In this document: in pieces, positions 30,891 through 43,428 of the stretch
Layout of the letters: each line of letters opens with the position of its first letter
How positions within the stretch are numbered: the stretch's first letter is position 1
Origin: Azolla caroliniana
Taxonomy: Eukaryota > Plantae > Polypodiophyta
DNA length: 64,000 bases
Reading direction: 5' to 3'
Assembly: GCA_043228905.1 (NCBI GenBank)
Contig: JBHGNT010000015.1
Coordinates: 5,394,001-5,458,000 of the forward strand
Program-made: the position numbers and the translations under genes
The notes under the pieces: generated by a model
Databases searched by the model: none
What the model saw: only the letters and a program-made list of their open reading frames with translations
What the model was told of the DNA's origin: nothing

Positions 30891-33479
30891 TCCCTAAGTA
30901 TGTTTCTTAAGCCTTTCTTTTTAACCATGTTTGGAGATTATAATGATCTGAAATTCAAGTTTTGATTCAATTATACTGATCATTTTCTCTCGTTGTATTA
31001 ATCATTCCCTATTTGTTGATGCATTGTGGCAAATAATTTCGACCATTCATAGATAATGGCATATCCTCTGCTGTTTTACTCATACACTCCACTTCTTGTT
31101 CATCTTTCAAAAGACCGAGGGCTGTCACACTATGTCATTTTGTTCTCATCAACTTTTTCTTTTGGAAGCAAGCTTGGAAAAACTTATCCCCAGATTTTCA
31201 TGCTCCTTTTCAAGAAATACTTTCAATGTGGTTTTGCAAGCTTTTTTAAATGGTAATTCTATTTGTGGGTGTACTTCCTCAACTCGTTTCACCTTGCAAA
31301 GGTTAAGATGTGTCTTATGTTGCTTCTTTTCTCTACATTTGCTCGTTTCACGTCATGCCTCCACTAAGTTGTACTCATGTATTTTGTGACGTATACATCT
31401 AAATGCTTTACCACCATTATTATATGGGATTCTTTGTGTAATCGATATTATCCTGTGTGATTGCTGTCACATGCATGCCAATGGAGTCAGGGCTCAGCCA
31501 AATCTAAAGTTACATTCACCGGTGCACGACTGGAATTTGTTTTTCAAATTGGAGAAATGAAGCATAAAGTTCTAGCTTTTCTATTAGGACTTGATATACA
31601 TTTTTCCTTATTTGTACCAACAGCTAATAATAGGTTCACGACTCTGAATGTGTGAGTGCTGAGATAATATCCCAGTCCACCACTTCTATCTTTATCACAA
31701 ACACCACAAAACTTCTACTTAGGTCATCTATTTGAAGATTTTGCCAAAAGAAAGGATGTATATGGCGGCCCACTATCTGAAAGTGATAGAATAAATATTA
31801 ATGAGAAGACATCATTAGATCTACCGTCATATGAGAATGATGTATTCAATATCCAAATATATGCCTCTTTCAATCTTGTTTTGTAAATGAACCTATGGAA
31901 TAGATATTAGGTCCTGGCCTGTTGTACAAAAAGCATTCTCGAAATCATCTTTCTGTTTGTTTCTAATGTTATCTAAATAGAGTGTCTGAATGATGCTATC
32001 CAGTTTCGGCTTGTTGCAGATGTTATTGCACCTGCAAGAGAGCTGTATATAATGGTGGTAACTATAACAAAGAGGAAGTATTGTATGGTTGTCGATTGTG
32101 ATGCCATGCCACATGCCTCGGTGCACAAAGTTCTGGCCTCTCTGAAATCTTTTTCAATGGGTTCAATGACCCACCTTACATAGCCTTCTAGGCTAACATT
32201 CTCTTTTCTATGCCCAATACCTCATCCAGTCCGAATTCTCAAGCTTCCCCTACTTCCCTACTTCCATGGAGGAGGTTCTTCATGATGAGCATTGTGTAGA
32301 AATTCTATCACACACTTACTCAAGCTTTTCTCTAAACGTTATTATGGTTGCTATTGTATATCTATTTGTGTGTGTGTGTGTATTTATCTCGAAGGACTGT
32401 CTTCCTGTTGCCCACAATGATGCTATAGACTTTGAATGGCAGTCTCAAGCGTTACTTATGCATCACTTATCCTTCGATTATATATATATATAAACCGTAA
32501 AGTCTATATATTGAAGGATTGTCTTTTAACAAATCTTTAATGTTCCTTGAAAGGGTCTCTAAGCTGTATAAATGGTTGAGCAGAATCTATGATACAGTTG
32601 ATGAGTGAAGCAGATGATGCCAGAAATCTCTACTTTTTGTAAGAGTGAAAAGTTTCACTATGCACTCGAATTAATCAATCACTGAGGGCCTAGAAAGTAT
32701 GATTAAAGAGAACAAGCCCTCTAGTCTTCTAACCATCAATGCTCAAAAGTGTATATTTGTTTGGATTGTTTTTCTATCACTGTCCTCCTAAAAAAGAGTT
32801 AATTAGAGATCTCTCATTTTTAAGTAAATAGAAAATTTACGTGAAATATACCACAAAAAGTTCTGTTTATTGGTAGAGTATGCTTGTTTATATTGAATTT
32901 CCACTCATTTGAAAAATTTCTCAGGACATTAAAATAATTAATGAAAATTTTAGCCAAAGATTGGACTTGAAAAGTTGAATTGCTACAGGTTTGTAGTGAT
33001 GGACCTTCCCTATATATAGAACTCCTAGTTTTCTGTGTGCTTGCCTCGTGGGTATTTGTTTGTGCATGTTCACCATTTGGCTATCTTTGCAATATGCTAC
33101 AGTAATTATCTTGACAAATGCTATATTTCGTTACAATAATTATCGTGTGGAATATTACAATGCTGCACACAAAATGTTACAATAATTATTGTGCCAGGGC
33201 ACACATCAAGGTGGTCACAAGGTCAATCTCCCGAAGTGTTGTGTGGCATTTTGTATAATCATGATGTTAACAATAAATTATCTTGAGTTATATTATGGTG
33301 CAAATTATGTAAGAGATAAAGCCAATAAGAAACACTAAGAGGTTCAATGTTGTTATATCTAAAGTATATCAAAACTTAGGGCTTTTTGAAAAGTAGGTTG
33401 TGCAAAATTTGAAAACAATGAATGGAGGTTGTTGTAGATTAGCATTATAATTTTTATTGTCCATAAAGAGGCCAATTTT

Positions 33480-36400
33480 GACCTATGAGACTAGAGTATA
33501 CATGTGTTCTTGATATGTGTCTCCTTCTTGAAAAGGGGTATTCATACCTTGAAGCACAATGTCTCTATGCGTGAATAAGGCATGCACATATGAACTTAAC
33601 CTTCTAGGTGGTGTCTTAAGTACCTTCTATGACACTTAAGTTATCACTACCTGTTAATTTGTCATCATATCTTAAGCGAATTGTTCTATATGTTGAGCAT
33701 GTGAAACGCAAGTGACATTCATCCTCTACCATGCCTTCATTCATACTTTACATGCCCTCACATTTGTTACATTTTGATACCAGGATGCAACTTCAATACC
33801 TAACTTGTGAGATCAAGTACGTAGTAGTTTGAGGGCTTTACGAGCATTACTACTCATATTGGTAATGAGATAAGGTTGGATATGATCCATAGGCATTCTT
33901 GACTTATATTGAGACCAACATTCAGGGTTGACATTTCCAATGTAATATTCTAGGTTCTTCTCATTTCATACTTAATGATTCCACCAACCTTTCCTCAATC
34001 ATTACATGATGCATAGCATCGATCGGAAGCTCTACACACAACTCTAAAAGATCATCCATACTCCATCTTTTCAACAATTTCAATGTCAACAACCCAACCG
34101 GATGAAAGAATTTTACTCTTATGATTCTTTTTTAGCTTACATTCACCATTCCAAGCAAGATGTGGTAATTGATGATTCGGCATATTCTTGACTTTTGTAA
34201 TGCATCTATATACTCTTTGGAGTGTCAATATCTATATGGGCCGAACTCCTATTTCCAAGAGCATAACTTGGTAAGAGGTAATGCATTTAACTCTTAATTG
34301 CTTCCTTAAAAACAACTTTTGAATTTTCTTGATCTCATTCTATGCATTAAAAGAGATTGTGCCACCCCATATTTCTACTCCATAAAGCAATACTTGAGTT
34401 ACCATGACATTGAACAACGTTAGTTTTACTTCCCATCCACAAGTATCACTTTGGTTGCATTGGTTCTCCAACCGGCTTGAAGGCTGAAGCCTAGAATCAA
34501 AGCATGTACTCCATTTGTTTGTGGTGGGTACATCAATACCAAGATATTTAAAGCTTTGAACAAATTGTATATGTTCACCTCTATATGTGAGCATAGGGTA
34601 ATGATGGGGTTGGATGGTTTAAACTGCCATCATTTTTGTTTTCTCCGCATCCACTGTTAGTCCATTATTATGGCAAAATTCTTCTAATACCCCAAGTAAA
34701 TGTTGCATACTATCAACATCATATGAGAAGAGTACCACATCATCTGCATATAAAAGCAATAAGATAACCTTATTCACAACTTGCAATTTGAAGGCATTCA
34801 ATCCTTCTTCTCTTGCAACCTTATTCACAACTTCTTCTAATTTATCAATACATAACCCAAAGAGTGTGGGTGATAATGGACATCCTTGCTTGACCCACAT
34901 GTTACTTAAAAAGTGCTTTGAGAATCCACTATCCATTTTTAGTTGTCATTTAACTTGTTCATATAAGCGTGCAACAACAAATTGGTACTCTAATGGCATG
35001 TCAATCTTTAGCATTCTATTCCAAAGCTCACTTTATTGTACAGGGTCAAACGCTTTCTTGAAATCAACAAAACAACAATAAAGTGTTTTTCCTTGTAGTT
35101 GACTCTCTTCCATGATTACTCTCAATGTGACAAAATGGTCCACGGTGGAGTGTTTTGGTCTAAATCTTGCTTGCCCAAGTGCTCTTTTGCTTGTACTTTC
35201 AACCCATGTGCTTATCTTTTGCTCCATAATAATGCTATATAATTTAGCGATAGTTGAGCTCGCCATTATTGTATGATAATTTGATACTTGATTCTTATCT
35301 CCAACTTTAAAGATTGGTTTAATCCAATTCGTAAGATAATCATTTAGAAAACATTGTTTTATAGCTTGCTCTATAATTGTCATTATCCAATGACGAGTAT
35401 ATGGCCTTGTTCATTTTAGAAGCTCACTTGAAACATTGTCACTTATCTCCTCAACTTGCGAATCAGCTTGGGTGAGACCACAAGGGTCTCGGATCAAGAA
35501 GCTTAGTGATAGGTGTCGATTAATGTTCATTGTGACCTAACTAAACTTGTATCTGGCTTCCGGGTAATGAGCACATGGGCTCGTAGACGCACGCCGGCAA
35601 GCACGAGATGAAATGAGAAAGGAAACAACCAAGACAGAGAGCACACGGTTCACAACTCACACCCAAATATTGAAGCTAATGAATTGATTAATAACAAACG
35701 AAATAAATACAAGAATGGCCCTAGGCCAAGTAACGAAGATTAAAGCTCGACAAATACACAATGGTGAGCCTTTAGTCGAGATCATATGGGCTCACTATGC
35801 GAGCAGAGGCCTCACTCAAACCTAACCGATAGAATAGAACAGATTTGATCAAAGCCAAAACCCTTCCCTCCTAAGTCGACTGTGCTCAATCCAACAACAC
35901 TTCGACCTCCTAAAAATTATCCCCCAAAACAGTTTTCCTCCCCTCCTTTTATAGCTCAAGGAGGGCCGGTTACATAAGTAGTTATTATGATAGTCGTTTC
36001 TGTCAGATATTTCCCATGATTCCCTTGAATTCCTCCCATCACGTCTTGTTATTCCTCCCCTCTTTTCGAGGGCCCGTAGGTACTAATAAAATAGGTCTTG
36101 TCTCGTACTTATTAATACTTCGTTATTTACAATTGTTTGTACATAAGCCCTAGTTCATGTGCATACATGCACACCCTTGTTCCTACGCATTCGGCGAGTT
36201 TTCTCCTTGTGGCCGGAATCCTCCACAACAATGTAGATTACATGTGTTGCTTTCCCACTCACCATCTTCTTTATTCCCTTATTGACATCATGAATATCGA
36301 TACATGTATTGCATGGTGTTTCAATGTTCTCAACCGTAGGAGCCACACCTTCATGCATATATAACCTTTGTACAAATTCTAGCATGTCTTCATTTGTAAA

Positions 36401-36815
36401 GTGACCTTTCACATCTTCTTTCTTACCCTTGAGTTGTCCTCGTGCTAATTTTGGTTTTAGCTTAAACAAGTTTATCTTTCTCATCTCTTGCATTTGGAAT
36501 TCTTTTCTTTTCTTTCTCCTCACTACCTTCTTATATGCGCCATGCAACAATCCTTTCATTTTTCCTTACTACAGACTTCAACCATTTGAGACACATCATA
36601 CATTCATCATTGAACCAAGAATTACAAGGAAAACTAGACATCTTATACCCACCAACATGCCTCTTAAAGTATCGATATCCAACCTTAAGGATGATATCCT
36701 TGAAATGTTGCCAATTTTCTTTAACATCATTGCTTAGAGAAAAATTTAACAAATGGTTCTCTACTTCATTTGCATACATCTTAGCACTTCATTGATATCC
36801 AACCTTAAGGATGAA
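33480..36815 (-). mobile_element. 5'-truncated, degraded non-LTR retrotransposon (LINE, RTE/RTEX-like) ORF, interrupted by an insert
   Basis: RT motifs CCFVDFKKAFD, VKQGCPLSPTLFGL, LLYADDVVL, FKYLGI. C-terminal LRT*SHKLGIE...RACKV...VEDECH...C zinc-finger-like tail. Upstream linker CNSWFNDEC...GIKKMVSGKA at 36230-36780. Confidence 0.9.
35435..36230 (-). mobile_element. LTR-like insertion inside the LINE
   Basis: Splits the LINE between GKA...IY and SELLK. Minus strand begins TGTTGTGG and contains GCTATAAAAGG (TATA-like). Left boundary and TSD not resolved. Confidence 0.55.
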
Positions 36816-39800
36816 GTGAGTGTGGGGAGGAATGTAACAGTGAATGGAGGTGTGAATGCATGTGACACTTGAACGTATATAAAGACCTCTTGGCTTTGCA
36901 TTGAGAATGATAAATATTCTATGATAGATATAGTAAGGTACTTACTTGATAAAGAATATATCTTTCTATCAGCTAAGAAAATATAGCCAACAATAACTTG
37001 ATCTTGTTGATTCGAGAACACATAAGTGTCCCTCAGGTTTGTCCAATGAAATCATTGGGAAAAAACCCATTAACATCCTCTTTGACCATACCATTGGCTC
37101 ATTCACAAATTACCTTGAACCACTTTGTCACAACCTTGTGTGACTAGCTACATGCGTACATTGAGGCATATCCCGACATATTCTTTTGCACTCTATAATA
37201 ATAGTATATTTGTATCCATTTGACAGAGATACTAATTTATGTACATGCATTATTCGTGAACCAAGTACCCCTCAATCATAATTGCTTATAGACAAAACTT
37301 TTATCTTACAAATATTTTTAACATCTTCAGAATTTGCTCAAAATAGAGCTCTCATGTAATATGCACTATCCATTCAAGCCTTACCTCATCCATGAGATGC
37401 ACCATCAAATTACTTCAGATGTTCTATATGTTGGTTGGGAAATATTTCTCCATGATTGAAAAACACTCAAATGCATATTTTCTTGTGTTCGCAATTGGTG
37501 CACATTCAATCTTATTTTCACGCCGTTTCTAAACAAACATAGACAAGTTTACCAATTTTGGTTTTTCCAAAATGTTGAGAACTTTGTTAGGTAAAGAAAA
37601 AAATTGCTCAGGTAAAGACATGCTTGAAATTTTGACATTTAAAAAAAGAAGTCAAGATTCACCTTGGTATTAATGATGAAATTTTGACATTTCCGTGGAA
37701 TGGGTAAAAATTACAATTTGGTACATGAATTCCAAAGTTAGTGGTGCTATCACATAACGTGAATTTTGGGGGTTTCCAATAGTTATTTTCCTTGTGTATC
37801 GTTTTAAAATTGCTAGACGCAACCCATTCTATAGTAGTGACCCCCACCTATTCATGAATATGCTAATAAATTCTAGCATTTGTAAAGGCCCACAGTTTTG
37901 AAATGGTCTAGACAAAGACTTTCTTGAAACATGTTCAATTGGACTCCATTATATTCTATTTCTACCTCTACTTAGTGGATTGTAGTTGTTGGTCATTTAT
38001 TGATGGTAGTGTCTATTGTTTTGGATGCATACTGGCCAAATTGACTTATTGCAATAGGTTGATGCATTGTTTTCTTTGTCTTCTACACAACAAATATATC
38101 AATGTCCATTACAATCTCGATAGGTCTCATCGTCATCGTCATCAATCATCTTCTACACTACAGTTTTCCTAATTACGTTTCTTGCAAGACCTTTGACAAG
38201 GTCATGATATATTCCAAGCATAAAGGAAAAGCTTTTATAATAAATGCTACAAAATGAATGTGAGTGATGTGAGTAACAAGGACTATTTTATTTTGTTAGT
38301 TACACATTGTCCAATGTTGGTAATTAGCTTTAACCTTCAATGTTTAGGATCACATCATGTTAAACTTCAATGTAAATTGAAAAACATGAAATTATATGAC
38401 TCACATTTAAACTTCACTTATGAATTGTGAATAGCCTTGTTTCGACCCAAATGTTCAATTCCTTCATCCATACCCAATTAGAACATGCTTACCTTATTAA
38501 AATAGAAGAAGATGCTTACCTTATTAAATTGAAATTAACTTATTAAAATATGTTCAATTCCTTCGTCCACACCCAATTACACCACACGTTTGAAGGAATT
38601 TCTTCCCTCGATGAGGTGTTCTATTATGGGCTATGGAATGTATATGAATGTGTATGTAAGTTCCATACAAATTTGAGGGAACCCACGTGTTAGATCATAT
38701 TGTCGTAGAAGCATTTATTGATGCAATTACCAACTTTGAAAAAGTTTAACTTCACTTTTCATATAAAAGCATTGGCGTGAAAAAATGTATTAGAGAGCCA
38801 ACGTGGCATTCTTGTGAGATTGTAATGTCAAAAAAGTTGCACAAATGATGGGGGAGAAAGAGGTTTGACTCAAATAGAGGTTTAACTTGTCTTCATGTAC
38901 ATTAGTACTACTAACTTCAAAATACACTGGGACACAAAATCAAACATGATGAAGTAATGTATGCAAGACAATCCACCCACTAAATTTATCTGAACTAGTC
39001 ATATATTTTGATGGAGTACATGTGAAATGCGTCCATAACCAATAATAAGCATGTTCCAAATCAAGTGCATGTTGAAAGACATGAACACCATGGCATGTAT
39101 ATGTATAAGATCATTGACATCAACGATGGATAGATATTCATATTATTCGTGTTGATGAATGATTCCAACGGTTGGTAGTTCTTATGATCATTTTAATCGT
39201 TGACCTTATATTGCAAGTTGCAACTAATTCACAACCTTTTAGTCGAAGGACTTTGACAAAACCAATGACTGAATAATGTGAGTATAATTAGCACAACAAC
39301 ATCCTTGACTTATAATCTTGTGGGCTCTCCTCCATGAAGTTGATATATTAATGGAGTAATAGCCAATGTAATAAGATATATTATTATTCAAAAGGCATGT
39401 CTACAATAGCAAATGTTGAGTCTCATTCTTGACTTATAAGCTTATGGGCCCTCCCTCCTCCATGAAGTAGATATATTGATGGGGCAATGAATGTTGATAT
39501 ATTGATGGAGTAATATTCAATGTAGTAAGATATATTATTATTGGAAAGGCATGTTGTCTATAGTAGCAAGTGTTGACTCACTACAAGAATAATGGTGGCA
39601 TCAATTGGCTTCTTAAATGCAAAGCTTTAAAGTAAGGACTATTCAAATTGCACATTTTCAAATAATGTTTGGAATTTGAATGTATTATTTGAGGTGTCAC
39701 CAAATTTGTAGGTGGGAAGGGGGGGGGGGAGGTCCCTGTTTATAAAGAGATTACTAGTGTGGTGCCATGTGACCTTCCAAAGTCAATCGTCTACGAACCA

Positions 39801-39921
39801 TAAATGATAAGCCAATGGTTGCATGTCAAGACAAAAATATAAGAGTATAAAGGAAGAGGATTAGATGAAAGAGTAGGATAGGAGAGCAAGAGAGGAGAGG
39901 AGAGAATTATATGTGATTAAC

Positions 39922-42900
39922 ATGTCAACCAGTGAAGGATCAGACGTTGAATTAGGCCCTAATGCAGATCTCGGCTACGTCATCATCGAAGAAATGGAAG
40001 AACATCCATTTTGCGATGATAAACATTCCATGCCATGTCGACCATCTCACAATGACCAACATTTTATGTCGTGCCGACCATCTCATGGTGACCAACATTC
40101 TATGCCATGCCGACCATCTTGTGATGATCATCTGCAATTGTCTGAGTACAAGTACTACCCCGAAGGCAATCAAGGAATGCCCCAAGGCGGCAGAGACAAT
40201 GCTCTTGTGGTTGCAACAAATTACACCACACAAGATTTGGTAGAAGTCACCACAATGATGCATCACAATGGCATTACCAACAACAATATATCATTTGTCA
40301 ATGGAACACAAACGAATTATGTTTATAACATCAATTTCATGAATCCGGGGATTCATAGTCTTGAGGGGTTGGGCATTGACCTTGACAAGTCGGGCCGGCC
40401 TAGCTTGGCAGCTCCATCCTTGCAAGCCGGGCCGGCCTTGGAGATAGTCTCGTCCATGTCGGCTCCTACCTCGACAACTCTAGTGTCCTCGCAAGCTACC
40501 CGACCCACACCAATTCTGAACCCCTCAATACCCTTGCCATCGACTATAATGACCAATGACAACAATGTGGTCCATAGTCTTGAGGGGTTGAGCATTGACC
40601 TTGACAAGTCGGGTCGGCCCAGCTTGGCACCTCCATCCTTGCAAGCCGGGCCGGCCTTGGAGATAGTCTCGTCCATGTCAGCTCCTACCTCGACAACTCT
40701 AGTGTCCTCGCAAGCTACCCGACCCACACCAATTCCGGACCCCTCAATACCCTTGCCATCGACTATAATGACCAATGACAACAATGTGATTCATAGTCTT
40801 GAGGGGTTGGGCATTGACCTTGACAAGCTGGGCCGGCCCAGCTTGGTAGCTCCATCCTTGCAAGCCGGGCCAGCCTTGGAGACAGTCCCGTCCATGGCGG
40901 CTCCTGCCTCGACAACTCTAGTGTCCTCGCAAGCTACCCGACCCACACCAATTCTGGACCCCTCAATACCTTTGCCATCGACTATAATGACCAATGACAA
41001 CAATGTGATTCATAGTCTTGAGGGGTTGGGCATTGACCTTGACAAGCTGAGCCGGCCCAGCTTGGTAGCTCCATCCTTGCAAGCCGGGCCGGCCTTGGAG
41101 ACAGTCCCGTCCATGTCGGCTCCTGCCTCGACAACTCTAGTGTCCTCACAAGCTACCCGACCCACACCAATTCTGGACCCCCCAATACCCTTGCCATCGA
41201 CTATAATGACCAATGACAACAATGTGATTCATAGTCTTGAGGGGTTGGGCATTGACCTTGACAAGCCAGGCCGACCCAGCTTGGTAGCTCCATCCTTTCA
41301 AGCCGGGCTGGCCTTGGAGACAGTCCCGTCCATGGCGGCTCCTACCTCAACAACTCTAGTGTCCTCGCAAGCTACCCGACCCACACCAATTCCGGACCCC
41401 TCAATACCTTTGCCATCGACTGTAATGACCAATGACAATAATGTGATTCATAGTCTTGAGGGGTTGGGCATTGACCTTGACAAGCCGGGCCGGCCCAGCT
41501 TGGCACCTCCATCCTTGCAAGCCGGCCCGGCCTTGGAGACAGTCCCGTCCATGTCGGCTCCTGCCTCGACAACTCTAGTGTCCTCGCAAGCTACCCGACC
41601 CACACCAATTCCGGACCCCTCGATACCCTTGCCATCGACTATAATGACCAATGACAACAATGTGAACAACAATAGCAACAATAACAACATGAACAACAAC
41701 AGAACCAACAATAACAACATGGCCAACAATAACAACCACATGAACAACAACAAGACCAACAATAACAACAATATTTTGCTCCTCGAGCCGAGGTTTACCT
41801 CAGCTTGGAGATGTAATAAGGTCATCGATTTCGGACCTGGCATGGTGGCTCGAAGGCAGTATAGGGTCATGAAGAAGCCTGACACCGACCCATATAATCT
41901 CATCTCTTATGTCCAGGACTATGGCCGTGCCCAGAAAACTGCCCACATGGCCACTTTTGGCCTCTCCACCCACCGAGTTTACCACCTCATGTTCCTCTTC
42001 GATACTTCTGACATTCTACAGTTCGCCGACGAGCTTTGGCCATGTGACACCAGGCTCAAAAACATGCCTTCCCTCTTCCAAATGCTGAAAAATCAGGAGT
42101 TTGCTAGGGATAAGGTAATGTGTCTGAACCGATCCATACCCCAACTTATGGTATAATTACACTCCAAACTGCATGGAACTTAAGAAAATACAACTAATCC
42201 TAAGAAAACACCACTAAAGTATGCCAGTTACTTAATACCATAGGCTCTCACAATATGTTGCTCTAACATTACTGTTGAATGATTTCCGAATGTGCCGATA
42301 TAATACTATACACAAGCTGATTGAATGCCCTTGATCTCCCCACTTAACTATCTTAACAATCGCTGAAATGTCAATTGATTCAATTAACCAAGGTTAATTA
42401 GATCTTTTAAATTACTAAAATTTAGTGTTAATGGAAGTAATGTGGTAATTAGTTCTTGGCTCAAGTTTAAATGTGCGATTGATATCTAGACATACATTCA
42501 TCAGAGGGTTCGCCATTCAAGATTTATAAACTAATTAAGTATGTGAGAGAGGGATACATTGTTTGTACAATTTCAAGATCAAAATGCCAAATTTGGCAGA
42601 CTCACAATTAGTTTGTGAGTGTATGTGTTCTTCACATTAATAGTGTGTGATTGAATGGGAAATGTCACAACTCTAATCTTTGTTTTATGTTTCTTAACTT
42701 AATTTTAAATAGAGATCTTGTTTGTCTTCGCTGTTTTTTTTCTCTAGATTGACAAAGAATCAATCTCGATTTACATCTTTCTAATCAAGGAATCAAAGAA
42801 GAGACCATCAGAGGAAACACTATTTACATGGGCTCTCCTCTCTCATTGGGCTCACAATTTGGAAGAAAACGAGTCAGCAAACTCACTAACAGAAAAATTT

Positions 42901-43428
42901 AAGGTAGGAACATCATCATGGGCACTAAAAAACTGTACCTTGCATTAGTTTATACCTGTGTGTGTCTGTGTAAACATGTGTCCATTGTCTGCAAACATTT
43001 GAAAAGCATATTCCATCATAGAAAATGTGGTACCTTAATATGAGAGCATCATGAGTATTTGAAGATGCACATACACACAGACACATGGAATTTGCATGCA
43101 TATATGTGTGGATCTATCTATGCATATATAACAGCATATACAACCCCATTAAAATGTGTATGATCCATATATATACATAACATTTCATATCGTGCTCGAT
43201 GCTGACATAATGTGTGCCACCATTGTTCTTTTATCACACATGCACATGCACCTACAGGACAATCAATACAAAAGCATGCATTTCACTCGTTTGCATCAAT
43301 TTCTATCTGATCCTGCAGCATGTGCACGAATATCTGTTGATTTGATCGGGCACAATGTTGAACTTTTCGCAGGTTTTTGCTTCGAGTTTTGGAACGCATT
43401 AGTGACATTGGGAATGCAGATTATATAG
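39922..43428 (+). CDS. Orphan ~839-aa protein: His/Cys 12-aa repeats, six 73-aa tandem repeats, poly-Asn, and an unknown ~220-aa C-terminal domain; 3 exons
   Basis: 2.2-kb open exon 39922-42114 (AAG|gtaatg), then phase-0 exons 42748-42903 (tctag|ATT...AAG|gtagg) and 43258-43428 (ctacag|GAC...TAG), all stop-free. TATA-like TATAAA at 39741 and 39846. Confidence 0.65.
40351..41664 (+). repeat. Six exact-length 219-bp coding tandem repeats
   Basis: Units start at 40351, 40570, 40789, 41008, 41227 and 41446. Substitutions only, no indels or stops in the + frame. Confidence 0.98.

Noticed and set aside
40353-41903. Repeated minus-strand ORFs (MLSLVIIVDGKG...)
   Set aside because: Shadows of the 219-bp repeat. 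Most end at the same stop within the unit, whereas the + frame stays open.
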